Below, piece by piece: positions 39,697-48,577 of a stretch of DNA of 51,444 bases. The translations under genes were made by a program, and so were the position numbers. Position 1 is the first letter of the stretch. The number at the start of each line of letters is the position of its first letter. The DNA lies in the sequence record DRR723986_5609; one strand, 5' to 3'. Under the pieces are notes generated by a model. That model made no database searches, was not told the DNA's origin, and saw only the letters and a list, made by a program, of their open reading frames with translations.

Positions 39697-40554
39697 TTAT
39701 TGTGCGGGCAACTGCTGTGCGGTGAGCACGTCCGGGCGATTTTGCTTCAACCATCCGTCAGCCATTGATCTGGCCATCTGCCTGACAGGCTCGGGCGAAA
39801 CCGCGAAATACTGCTCGTGCATGGAATGGATCCAGCTGGCATCCGTCCCCTTGGCCTGTTCCCGGGCAACGGTCATCCACATCAGACCGCGAGCTTTTTT
39901 CTTGTCCGACGTACCGAGTGCATAGAGCGTTTCACCAAGGCGTGCCTGGGCGCCCACATGACCCTTGAGCGCGGCAAGATTGTACCAACGAACGGCCATG
40001 CGGCTGTTGTTTTCCTGGTACATGCGGCCAAGTTCATACTGGGCATCGGCATCGCCGAAATAGGACGCGGCATGCGTGAAGATCTGACGGGCACGTGATT
40101 CATTCTTGGGCACAGCGCCGTCGATGCCGTTCAGATAGTAGGAACCGAGCGCAACGAAGGCGCTTGAGACGAAGGGAGCATCCGGTGCATCGGGGCGATC
40201 TTCCCCGTGCTCACGAACGATCTGACTGTAATATTCGAACGCCTTGAGGTCGTCTTCCTTGACGCCGTCGCCGGAGGCATACATTTCGCCCAGCTTCCAG
40301 GCGGCCATGGGCTGACCGTTTTCGGCGGCATACTGCAGCGACCCAAGCGCAGCGGCCTTGTCGCCGGAATAATATTGGCGGGCACCGGCCCGCAGTGCTT
40401 CAGACGGGGAAAGATCGTTCGGACCGATCGCCCGTGCAGGCGCCGGCTGACCGTCAAAGGCGGCCACGGGCCCTGTCAGGCCGATCAGGATCAACGCACC
40501 GAGCACGGTTCCGGCTCTTCCCATGCGTTGAAGCTTTGTGCTGTTCTTAGGCAT
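39697..40554 (-). CDS. exoR: Periplasmic Sel1-repeat protein, ExoR ortholog
   Basis: Signal peptide then AFD; AAWKLGEMYASGDGV, HAASYFGDADAQYELGRMY, GLMWMTVA; near xth as for rhizobial exoR. Start uncertain. Confidence 0.85.
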   Translation of the reverse strand: MPKNSTKLQRMGRAGTVLGALILIGLTGPVAAFDGQPAPARAIGPNDLSPSEALRAGARQYYSGDKAAALGSLQYAAENGQPMAAWKLGEMYASGDGVKEDDLKAFEYYSQIVREHGEDRPDAPDAPFVSSAFVALGSYYLNGIDGAVPKNESRARQIFTHAASYFGDADAQYELGRMYQENNSRMAVRWYNLAALKGHVGAQARLGETLYALGTSDKKKARGLMWMTVAREQAKGTDASWIHSMHEQYFAVSPEPVRQMARSMADGWLKQNRPDVLTAQQLPAQ

Positions 40555-41045
40555 CCCAGTCACACTATTATCCGTCGGCAACGAAACAGATCCCCGACGG
40601 ACTTTCTTGTTTTTCGTCCGCGCCAAGCGCATTTGCTGTCTCTTTGGTCCCAAAAGCATATGCCTGCAGGACCTACTGTTTCGGAGTGGCCTAAATTGGC
40701 CGATCATTTCGTCTTAAGTTGGGCCATACGACGCCGAAATAAGACCATTTCCTGACACTTTTGTCCGGACTGTGAACCACTTCAGGTGTTGAACCCGATC
40801 TGGTCGTCCCAGACATTAGCGTAACGGGTGACGGGCAAACATGGCCGAACAGGGGCAACGGTGGCAAACCGGGACCCTGCAAATGACTCTGTCAGTAACT
40901 GTTGCGGAATTGGCACATATTGTGACCGCCCCTCTCCCATTCAAGACCCTTATTTCAACACAGGCGAGTTGATGATGTGTTTCCAGGTCGGATTTTTGGG
41001 CCCCTGGCTGTTGAAAACGGGGGCTTTTGGCCAATTACCTTTGCC

Positions 41046-41060
41046 GTTCTATCTTTGTCC
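41046..41060. promoter_or_regulatory. LexA box upstream of parE
   Basis: GTTC-TATCTTT-GTCC, one mismatch to GTTC-N7-GTTC. Confidence 0.6.
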
Positions 41061-41142
41061 TTCAAACTGAGACATGATTCGGTGTAGGTAACAGCGCTGA
41101 GTTTGTAGAAACTGTGACCCAAGACCCATCAGGCGATACGGA

Positions 41143-43188
41143 ATGAGCGCAAAAGACGATCTGTTTGCAGGCAACGCGGCGGTCTCTGCCCCAATGACAC
41201 AAGATGAGCCCGCCCCAGCTCCGCAAAAGCCGCGTCCCGTTGCGCCTGTCGCGGTCAGCGACGATTATTCAGCGGCCGACATCGAAGTTCTCGAAGGGCT
41301 CGAGCCGGTTCGGCGCCGGCCAGGCATGTATATCGGCGGCACTGACGAAAAGGCGTTGCATCACCTCTTTGCCGAAGTGATCGACAACTCCATGGATGAA
41401 GCGGTTGCCGGCCATGCGACGTGGATCGACGTGTCGCTTTCCAGCGATGGCTATCTGACGATCACCGACAACGGCCGCGGTATTCCTGTCGACCCTCACC
41501 CGAAGTTCAAGGACAAGTCCGCACTCGAAGTGATCATGACGACGCTGCATGCGGGCGGCAAGTTCGACAGCAAGGTCTATGAAACCTCTGGCGGTCTGCA
41601 CGGTGTCGGCATTTCCGTGGTCAATGCGCTGTCAGAGGAACTGATTGTAGAGGTCGCACGCAGCCGCAAGCTCTATCGCCAGATCTTCCGCCGTGGCCAC
41701 GCCCAGGGTCCTCTCGAGCTGGTTGGCGATACCCAGAACAGACGCGGGACGCAGGTCAGCTTCAAACCAGACGATCAAATCTTCGGCAAAGGTGCCAAAT
41801 TTGTCCCGGCACGCCTTTTGAAGATGGCACGGTCCAAGGCCTATCTCTTTGGTGGTGTCGAGATCCGCTGGCACTGCGCACCTGAATTGCTGTCTGAAAA
41901 GGACGAGACACCGGCCGAGGCCGTGTTTCACTTCCCCGGCGGTCTTCGCGACTTTCTCAACGAGAGACTGACCAAGGAACGCCGTGTCGTCGACGACGTG
42001 TTCTTCGGCCGCACCGACAACGCCGGCAAACACGGATCCGTGGAATGGGCAGTGAGCTGGTTTGCCGGCGACGGCTTTGTCAGTTCCTACTGCAACACCG
42101 TGCCGACACCGGAAGGCGGAACTCACGAAGCGGGTTTTCGATATGCCCTGCTGCGAGGCCTTAAGGCATATGGCGAACTGACAAACAACAAGAAGGCATC
42201 CATCATCACCGGCGATGACGTAATGACATCAGCCGGCGGAATGCTGTCCGTCTTCATCCGTGAGCCTGAATTCGTCGGCCAGACCAAAGACAAACTGGCG
42301 ACCAACGAAGCCACTCGCATTGCGGAGACGGCTGTCCGAGATGCATTTGACCATTGGCTGACGGCCTCCCCCAACCAGGCAAACAAGCTTCTGGAGTGGG
42401 TGATCGATCGCGCGGATGAGCGCTTGCGCCGCCGCCAGGAAAAAGACGTCGCCCGCAAGACAGCCGTGCGCAAGCTGCGCCTCCCGGGCAAACTTGCCGA
42501 CTGCTCGGCAAACCAGTCCGATGGCACCGAACTCTTCATCGTGGAGGGTGACTCGGCAGGTGGCTCGGCCAAACAGGCGCGCAACCGTTCCAACCAGGCC
42601 GTCTTGCCGTTGCGCGGCAAGATCCTGAACGTCGCAAACGCCGGCCGCGACAAACTCGTTGCCAACCAGCAGCTCGCCGATCTCATCCAGGCCCTTGGCT
42701 GCGGCACGCGCTCCCAATACCGGGAAAGTGACCTGCGGTACGAGAAGATCGTCATCATGACGGATGCTGACGTCGACGGTGCCCACATTGCATCACTTTT
42801 GATTACTTTCTTTTACCGCGAAATGCCGGAGCTTATCCGCGGAGGCCATCTCTTCCTGGCCGTGCCACCACTCTATCGTCTCAGCCAGGGGGGGAAGACC
42901 CTCTATGCACGCGACGATGCCCATAAAGACGAATTGATGGAGACCGTCTTCAAGGGTAAATCCAAAGTGGAAATCGGTCGTTTCAAGGGTTTGGGTGAAA
43001 TGTTGCCGGCTCAGCTGAAGGAAACGACGATGGATCCGTCCAAGCGGACCATGCTGAAGGTCGTTGTCGAAGAAGAAGCTGTAACAGACACCAACGACAC
43101 CGTTGAACGGCTGATGGGCAACAAGCCTGAAGCGCGCTTCCGGTTCATTCAGGACAACGCTGAATTCGCTGAGGATCTTGATATTTAG
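41143..43188 (+). CDS. parE: DNA topoisomerase IV subunit B
   Basis: IEVLEGLEPVRRRPGMYIG, EVIDNSMDE, VEGDSAGGSAKQAR, PLRGKILN, MTDADVDGAHI. Confidence 0.97.
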   Translation: MSAKDDLFAGNAAVSAPMTQDEPAPAPQKPRPVAPVAVSDDYSAADIEVLEGLEPVRRRPGMYIGGTDEKALHHLFAEVIDNSMDEAVAGHATWIDVSLSSDGYLTITDNGRGIPVDPHPKFKDKSALEVIMTTLHAGGKFDSKVYETSGGLHGVGISVVNALSEELIVEVARSRKLYRQIFRRGHAQGPLELVGDTQNRRGTQVSFKPDDQIFGKGAKFVPARLLKMARSKAYLFGGVEIRWHCAPELLSEKDETPAEAVFHFPGGLRDFLNERLTKERRVVDDVFFGRTDNAGKHGSVEWAVSWFAGDGFVSSYCNTVPTPEGGTHEAGFRYALLRGLKAYGELTNNKKASIITGDDVMTSAGGMLSVFIREPEFVGQTKDKLATNEATRIAETAVRDAFDHWLTASPNQANKLLEWVIDRADERLRRRQEKDVARKTAVRKLRLPGKLADCSANQSDGTELFIVEGDSAGGSAKQARNRSNQAVLPLRGKILNVANAGRDKLVANQQLADLIQALGCGTRSQYRESDLRYEKIVIMTDADVDGAHIASLLITFFYREMPELIRGGHLFLAVPPLYRLSQGGKTLYARDDAHKDELMETVFKGKSKVEIGRFKGLGEMLPAQLKETTMDPSKRTMLKVVVEEEAVTDTNDTVERLMGNKPEARFRFIQDNAEFAEDLDI

Positions 43189-43287
43189 CCGCAACAGCAG
43201 GTATTTTGATCTATATCTTTTTTTGAAGAGGTTGGGCGGGCGTATATTTTTGCCCGCACTGCCTATTTGACCGGTCGGAAACGTAGC

Positions 43288-44016
43288 ATGTTAAACCGGA
43301 TGTATTCGATACTGGACAGACGGCTTCGCCCCTTGCGAAATCATGTCTTCCTGGCTTTTCCCAAGCACAAGATCGCCTTTGCCCGTATCGCAGAGCCTGC
43401 TTTTCAACTTCTGCGCCCAGTTCTTCATTGCCTTGCCGGTACCGACAAGCTCAAGGCCCTTTCCGGTTTTGATCTTCGGACCGCCGCCACGGAACGGCTG
43501 CTCTTCCACGGGAATGTGGAGTTACTGACAGCACGCGAACTCAAGCGGCGGCATCCCGAAATGAAAGTCGCGGCCTGGGTCCAGGATCCGATGCATCGGT
43601 TGGCCTACTGTTATGAGAAAGTCATCCTGAGTGCCGATCCGCTTCCTGCCTATTATGAAGAGCGCCAGTTCAATCAGGACATGACACCTCAGGAGTTCGT
43701 GTCACACGTTGCGTCGATCTCAGACTTGGAAGCAGACAATCTGTTTCGCAGCCAGACAGCTGCCCTCACCTACAAAGGTATGTTGACGGCCGATCTGATC
43801 TTGCAGCTTGAAGATTTCGACCAGTCATTCGCGACTTTTCTTTCGGAAAGCTCTCTCAGGTTCCGCACGAAATCTCCTGTCGCGTATCACGTGGATAATT
43901 TTGTCGGCAGGGACACGCTGCTGTCCTTTACCGAAGACAGCCTGGTTCAGCAGCTGCGGCGGCGCTACAAGTCAGACTACGACCTGTTCTACAAACCGGC
44001 GGCTCTTTCTGCCTGA
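43288..44016 (+). CDS. Sulfotransferase family 2-like protein with degenerate PAPS-binding motifs
   Basis: WVQDPMHRLAYCY (cf. FVRNPxxRxxSxY), NLFRSQ (cf. HxxPQ), LQLEDF (cf. GxxE), RRYKSDYDLF (cf. YxxDFxxF). Confidence 0.7.
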   Translation: MLNRMYSILDRRLRPLRNHVFLAFPKHKIAFARIAEPAFQLLRPVLHCLAGTDKLKALSGFDLRTAATERLLFHGNVELLTARELKRRHPEMKVAAWVQDPMHRLAYCYEKVILSADPLPAYYEERQFNQDMTPQEFVSHVASISDLEADNLFRSQTAALTYKGMLTADLILQLEDFDQSFATFLSESSLRFRTKSPVAYHVDNFVGRDTLLSFTEDSLVQQLRRRYKSDYDLFYKPAALSA

Positions 44017-44215
44017 CGCTGCGCAATTTTACGTATCGAATACCGGCTGAAGCGATACTTTCGGAAACACATACCTTCGTTTGCGCCTGCATTTTGGGCA
44101 ACGCATACTGATTTTCCAGCCGATTTCATGAACCAACTTGGTTGCACTATTAACTGAGATGGCAAATCGTACTCGGAATTACTCGATTTTCTTGAGATTT
44201 TACCTCTCAAGCGCA

Positions 44216-44243
44216 TTGACACCTGAGCGCATGAATGTAGGGT
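44216..44243 (+). promoter_or_regulatory. Candidate sigma70 promoter of DEAD-box helicase
   Basis: TTGACA(44216-44221)-N16-TAGGGT(44238-44243). Confidence 0.45.
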
Positions 44244-44315
44244 GTGCGCACATTGGCACCGGCGGTTCCCACGGCGCCGCCGATTAACAATCACAACATT
44301 CGGGCAAAGCGCTCC

Positions 44316-45764
44316 ATGGCATTTAATACTCTCGGTCTTAGCGAGAAGGTCCTCGCTGCAGTTGAAGCAGCAGGTTATAAGGAACCCACGGCAATCCAGT
44401 CGGGAGCCATTCCGCAGGTGCTTGAGCGCCGCGACATCCTTGGCATTGCCCAGACAGGAACCGGCAAGACCGCAAGTTTCACACTGCCCATGCTGACGCT
44501 GCTCGAAAAGGGCCGCGCTCGTGCGCGGATGCCGCGTACGCTCATCCTGGAACCGACGCGCGAACTCGCTGCGCAGGTCGAAGAGAATTTCGCCAAATAC
44601 GGCACCAACCATAAACTCAATGTCGCCCTGCTGATCGGCGGCGTTTCCTTTTCCGACCAGGACAAGAAGCTTGACCGTGGCACAGATGTTCTGATCGCGA
44701 CGCCTGGCCGTCTGCTTGATCACTTCGAGCGCGGCAAGCTGTTGTTGCAGGGCGTTGAAATTCTCGTCATCGACGAAGCCGATCGTATGCTCGACATGGG
44801 CTTCATTCCGGATATCGAGCGGATCTGCAAACTGATCCCGTTCACTCGTCAGACTCTTTTCTTCTCGGCGACGATGCCACCGGAAATCCAGCGTCTGACC
44901 GAAACGTTCCTGCAGAACCCGGCCCGTATCGAAGTCGCTCCGACCTCGTCGACGGCTGAAAACGTCGCTCAGTTTCTGAAGGCAGCTGAGTCCAAGGACT
45001 ACGAAAAGCGCGCAGCCCTGCGCGAACTGCTGGAAGGTGCTGAAGACCTCAAGAATGCTATTGTGTTCTGCAACCGCAAACGGGACGTGACGACGCTTTA
45101 CCGATCTCTGGAGCGTCATGAATACAACGTCGGCGCGCTCCATGGCGACATGGACCAGCGTACACGCATGATGATGCTGGACAATTTCCGGAAGGGAACG
45201 ATCAAGCTCCTTGTCGCGAGTGACGTTGCCGCGCGTGGCCTCGATATTCCCGAGGTCAGCCACGTCTTCAACTTCGATGTTCCGAGCAATGCCGAAGACT
45301 ATGTCCACCGGATCGGCCGGACGGGCCGCGCCGGACGCAAGGGCACAGCCTTCACGCTCGTAACCGGTGAAGACCAGAAATACCTCGATGCCATTCAGAC
45401 ATTGATCAAGAAGGACATCGACTGGCTGGGCGATGCGATAGACTTCGAAGCTGCCGCACAGGAACGCAAGGCACGCCGCAAGGCCGGCAAGCCTTCCAGG
45501 AACGCACGGTCGAGCAACGACAACGAGGCTGCAGAACAACCCAAGCCTTCCAATCGTCGCCGGTCGCAGAGCAAGCCACGCGAAGTCGTGGAAGAGCAGA
45601 TGGAGGAACTCCCGGAAATGCTGAACCCGACACCGGTCTCAAACCTGCCGCAACGGCAGACTGGCAAGCGCTCCAGAAACGATAAACTGGAACCTGCCTT
45701 CGGTGCTGGCGTTCACATTCCTGCGTTTCTCCTGCGTGAGCCGCGGCCTAAAAAGGCCTCGTAA
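44316..45764 (+). CDS. DEAD-box ATP-dependent RNA helicase (RhlE-like)
   Basis: Q motif, AQTGTGKT, PTRELA, TPGRL, DEAD, SAT, ARGLD, YVHRIGRTGRAG. Confidence 0.97.
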   Translation: MAFNTLGLSEKVLAAVEAAGYKEPTAIQSGAIPQVLERRDILGIAQTGTGKTASFTLPMLTLLEKGRARARMPRTLILEPTRELAAQVEENFAKYGTNHKLNVALLIGGVSFSDQDKKLDRGTDVLIATPGRLLDHFERGKLLLQGVEILVIDEADRMLDMGFIPDIERICKLIPFTRQTLFFSATMPPEIQRLTETFLQNPARIEVAPTSSTAENVAQFLKAAESKDYEKRAALRELLEGAEDLKNAIVFCNRKRDVTTLYRSLERHEYNVGALHGDMDQRTRMMMLDNFRKGTIKLLVASDVAARGLDIPEVSHVFNFDVPSNAEDYVHRIGRTGRAGRKGTAFTLVTGEDQKYLDAIQTLIKKDIDWLGDAIDFEAAAQERKARRKAGKPSRNARSSNDNEAAEQPKPSNRRRSQSKPREVVEEQMEELPEMLNPTPVSNLPQRQTGKRSRNDKLEPAFGAGVHIPAFLLREPRPKKAS

Positions 45765-45795
45765 CGCCGAATTCTCTCCAGGTTTTGCTTTAAGC

Positions 45796-45810
45796 TTAAC
45801 GGCTCCTTAA
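45796..45810. promoter_or_regulatory. Candidate CtrA box upstream of diguanylate cyclase
   Basis: TTAA-CGGCTCC-TTAA with an additional TTAA immediately upstream. Confidence 0.6.
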
Positions 45811-45887
45811 ACCTTCCAGCCGAGTTTAAAACCTAGTTCTTGTGTCCGTGTGGGGCGGATTCGCAAGGCATGGGTGAGAGAAACTTG

Positions 45888-46949
45888 ATGGCGGATGAAG
45901 ACGACCATAAGCGGACTATCCAGTATGGAGAGTCCGCAATCAGTTACATCAAGAAGAATGTGCTGCCAGCCTACCCTCGTTCTTACGAACTTTGGTACAC
46001 TTACGCGGCTGGATACAATCAAGGCCTGAACAGGGCCGTAAATGAATCCATAAAATCCAACGGCAGGATCAGCACCGACGAGATGCTGACTCTTTACGGT
46101 CGCTTCCTGTCGCCGACACGGCTCGGTGATCGGCTGGATGAAGTTGGCTCCAAGGTTTCCCGGGAAGTTGAAGAACTGGTCGACACGCTAAAGCTGAGTG
46201 CTGACGCCACGTCCGATTATGGCACCGCGCTCGAGCAGGCTGGCGAAAAGATCAGGTCGGTCTCCGATCCGGAGAAATTACAGAACTATGTCACACATCT
46301 GGTGAAATCGACCCAGAATGCAGTTGCTTCCAACCGCAAGCTGGAGAGCCAGCTGCTGGAGTCCAAGAAACACATTGAGAACCTGCAGTCGTCACTGGAA
46401 GCGATCCGCTACGAATCCCTCACGGACGAGCTGACAACACTCAACAATCGCAAACACTTCGAGAACTCGATTGAACGGGTCATCGATCAATCAAAGGAGA
46501 GCGGTCGTGGCTTCTCCTTGCTGATGACCGATATCGATCACTTCAAGAAGTTCAACGACACCTATGGCCACCAGACTGGCGACCAGGTTCTGCGACTTGT
46601 CGCACTTGCGGTTAAACAGAACATCAAGGCACAGGACATCGCTTGCCGGTATGGCGGCGAGGAATTTGCGATCATTCTGCCACATGTCGGGCTCGAAGAT
46701 GCCGCCGAAATTGGCGAGAACATCCGAAATGCGGTGATGTCCAAAGAACTCGTGAAACGTTCAACGGGAGAAAATCTCGGCCGTGTGACCATCTCCGTCG
46801 GCATCGCAACCTACGAGAACATCGATACGGTCCATTCCATCGTTTCGCGCGCGGACGAAGCGCTCTACCTTGCAAAAGATGCCGGTAGAAACCTTGTGAA
46901 GACTGAAAAGGATCTTGCAGGAGTGGATCAGCGGGAAGACGTTGCCTGA
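45888..46949 (+). CDS. Cytoplasmic diguanylate cyclase (GGDEF), DgcB-like
   Basis: P.PRSYELWYTY N-terminal domain, coiled coil, TDELT, DIDHFKKFNDTYGHQTGD, RYGGEEF. Confidence 0.93.
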   Translation: MADEDDHKRTIQYGESAISYIKKNVLPAYPRSYELWYTYAAGYNQGLNRAVNESIKSNGRISTDEMLTLYGRFLSPTRLGDRLDEVGSKVSREVEELVDTLKLSADATSDYGTALEQAGEKIRSVSDPEKLQNYVTHLVKSTQNAVASNRKLESQLLESKKHIENLQSSLEAIRYESLTDELTTLNNRKHFENSIERVIDQSKESGRGFSLLMTDIDHFKKFNDTYGHQTGDQVLRLVALAVKQNIKAQDIACRYGGEEFAIILPHVGLEDAAEIGENIRNAVMSKELVKRSTGENLGRVTISVGIATYENIDTVHSIVSRADEALYLAKDAGRNLVKTEKDLAGVDQREDVA

Positions 46950-47024
46950 TCCAAGGCATCGTCCCCGATTAAGTATCGAGTCTCAAAATCCATCGGAAAA
47001 ACACGGGCTGAGCAGAAAACTGTC

Positions 47025-47687
47025 TCAGTCTTTTGCATTCAGCCCCATCTGCCAGAAATCACTTTCCAGGCGGCAGGCCTTCTCAAATATGGACAGGACG
47101 CGCGGATAGCGGTGCTCCGTCAACGTCTGGCCTGCAGTTCCGTCGAGCCAGGCGATAAAGCCCTTTGCGAGTTCCTGATAGCCTTCGCTGGCGTATTCCA
47201 GGATCCAGCGTGCGTAGGGATTGCCATCGGTGTCGCAACCTTCCGCGGCCAACCTGGCTCCAATTTCCGCATAACCAATTACGCAAGGTGCAAGAGCTGC
47301 CTGAAGGTCCAGGAGATCACCAGCCATTCCGGCATCGAGCACAAAGCGCGTATAAGCCATTGTGGGCGTGTCTTCTGGTGCCTGCTCGATCATGTCACGC
47401 TCCATGCCCCAACTGCGGCACATCTCGACATGCAGATCGAGTTCATCATCCAGAATTGCCTTTACCCCCTCCAGTGACTGACGCATGTCGGCGACTGACG
47501 GGCTTTTGTAGACGCCAAGCGCATAAGCGCGGGCGAACTGGATGAGAAACAGATAGTCCTGAACCAGGTAGTGCTTGAAACAAGATAGCGGCAGTGTTCC
47601 CGCGCCAAGCTGCTGAACAAATGCATGACGGGTGTAGTCGGACCATTGCGGGCCAGCGTCGGCCTTCAGCCGCTCGAAAAGGCTCAT
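47025..47687 (-). CDS. tenA: Thiaminase II / aminopyrimidine aminohydrolase TenA
   Basis: H.FV..L..GTL....FKHYLVQDYLFL..F, ALAPCVIGY (catalytic Cys), NPYARWI..Y, LE..FW. Confidence 0.93.
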   Translation of the reverse strand: MSLFERLKADAGPQWSDYTRHAFVQQLGAGTLPLSCFKHYLVQDYLFLIQFARAYALGVYKSPSVADMRQSLEGVKAILDDELDLHVEMCRSWGMERDMIEQAPEDTPTMAYTRFVLDAGMAGDLLDLQAALAPCVIGYAEIGARLAAEGCDTDGNPYARWILEYASEGYQELAKGFIAWLDGTAGQTLTEHRYPRVLSIFEKACRLESDFWQMGLNAKD

Positions 47688-47719
47688 GAAAATCTCATCG
47701 AATAGATAGAAAGGCGCGA

Positions 47720-48097
47720 TCAGCGTGCCAGGGCATTCAGGTCCGCAGCCTGAAGCGAAACGGATTCCCCACAGCCACAGGCGGACACTTCATTCGGGTT
47801 CTTGAAGATGAAACCTGAACGGAACTTCGTCACTTCGAAGTCCATTTCCGTACCGAGCAGAAAGAGCACGGCAGAAGGATCCACGAAGAGTTTCGCCCCC
47901 TTGTCTTCAACGGCATCATCACCTGGCCGCGCCGCATCCACCATTTCCATGGTGTATTCCATACCGGCACAGCCGCCCTTCTTGATACCGACACGCAAGC
48001 CGATCGCATTCTTGTCGGAGTTCTCGACAAGTTCCTTCACGCGCTCGGCGGCGGCGTCAGTCAGGGTCATCACCTGGAATTTAGCGGCGGAAGCCAT
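47720..48097 (-). CDS. sufA: Fe-S assembly A-type carrier SufA
   Basis: KKGGCAGMEY and NPNEVSACGCGES; located in the suf operon. Confidence 0.92.
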   Translation of the reverse strand: MASAAKFQVMTLTDAAAERVKELVENSDKNAIGLRVGIKKGGCAGMEYTMEMVDAARPGDDAVEDKGAKLFVDPSAVLFLLGTEMDFEVTKFRSGFIFKNPNEVSACGCGESVSLQAADLNALAR

Positions 48098-48132
48098 ATG
48101 ATCCTCGTTCAGTGCAGCGAATGCTAAACCTG

Positions 48133-48161
48133 ATATGGGGTTTCAGCTTATCCGATTAAAG
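48133..48161 (-). promoter_or_regulatory. Candidate RpoH (sigma32) internal promoter for sufA-tenA
   Basis: Minus strand CTTTAA-N15-CCCCATAT versus consensus CTTGAA-N13-17-CCCCATNT. Confidence 0.55.
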
Positions 48162-48170
48162 GCTTGAAGC

Positions 48171-48566
48171 TCAATACCAGTTGAGCGCAACCTTCGCTTC
48201 GTCAGACATGCGATCGGGTGTCCAGGGAGGATCGAAGACCATATCGACGTTGACCGGCCCCACCCCTGCAACCGCAGATACGGCATTTTCCACCCAGCCC
48301 GGCATTTCGCCAGCCACAGGGCAGCCCGGGGCCGTCAGGGTCATGTCGATGTTGATCGACCTGTCATCCTCGATATCGACCTTGTAGATCAGGCCAAGCT
48401 CATAGATGTCACACGGAATTTCCGGATCGTAGACCGTCTTCAAAGCACCGATGATATCGGTAGTCAGCTGGTCGAGTTCATTTGCCGGAATGGCGCTCTT
48501 GGCCGAGACTTCCGTCTGCAACTCTTCGCCGTCCGCGCCGGTGTCGATTGTGGTAGCGTTTTCCAT
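48171..48566 (-). CDS. sufT: SUF system Fe-S assembly protein, DUF59/SufT
   Basis: LKTVYDPEIP.DIYELGLIY, MTLTAPGCPVAG, FDPPWTPDRMS. Confidence 0.92.
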   Translation of the reverse strand: MENATTIDTGADGEELQTEVSAKSAIPANELDQLTTDIIGALKTVYDPEIPCDIYELGLIYKVDIEDDRSINIDMTLTAPGCPVAGEMPGWVENAVSAVAGVGPVNVDMVFDPPWTPDRMSDEAKVALNWY

Positions 48567-48577
48567 GGGGTCCGTCC

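Noticed and set aside
40833..40890. GGCAAAC...GCAAA resembling a c-di-GMP-I (GEMM) riboswitch
   Set aside because: Lacks the GAAA-capped P2 stem and the GACGCAAAGC junction.
40911..40925. TGGCAC as a sigma54 promoter (also near 7056)
   Set aside because: No GC at the -12 position; GG-N10-GC is not satisfied.
43989..45539. 516-aa minus-strand ORF (similarly 34817-36325, 22287-23534, 23531-24748, 36081-37295, 48710-49876, 49603-50769)
   Set aside because: Antisense to well-conserved genes. Long stop-free antisense frames are expected from GC-rich codon bias, and no motifs are recognisable.
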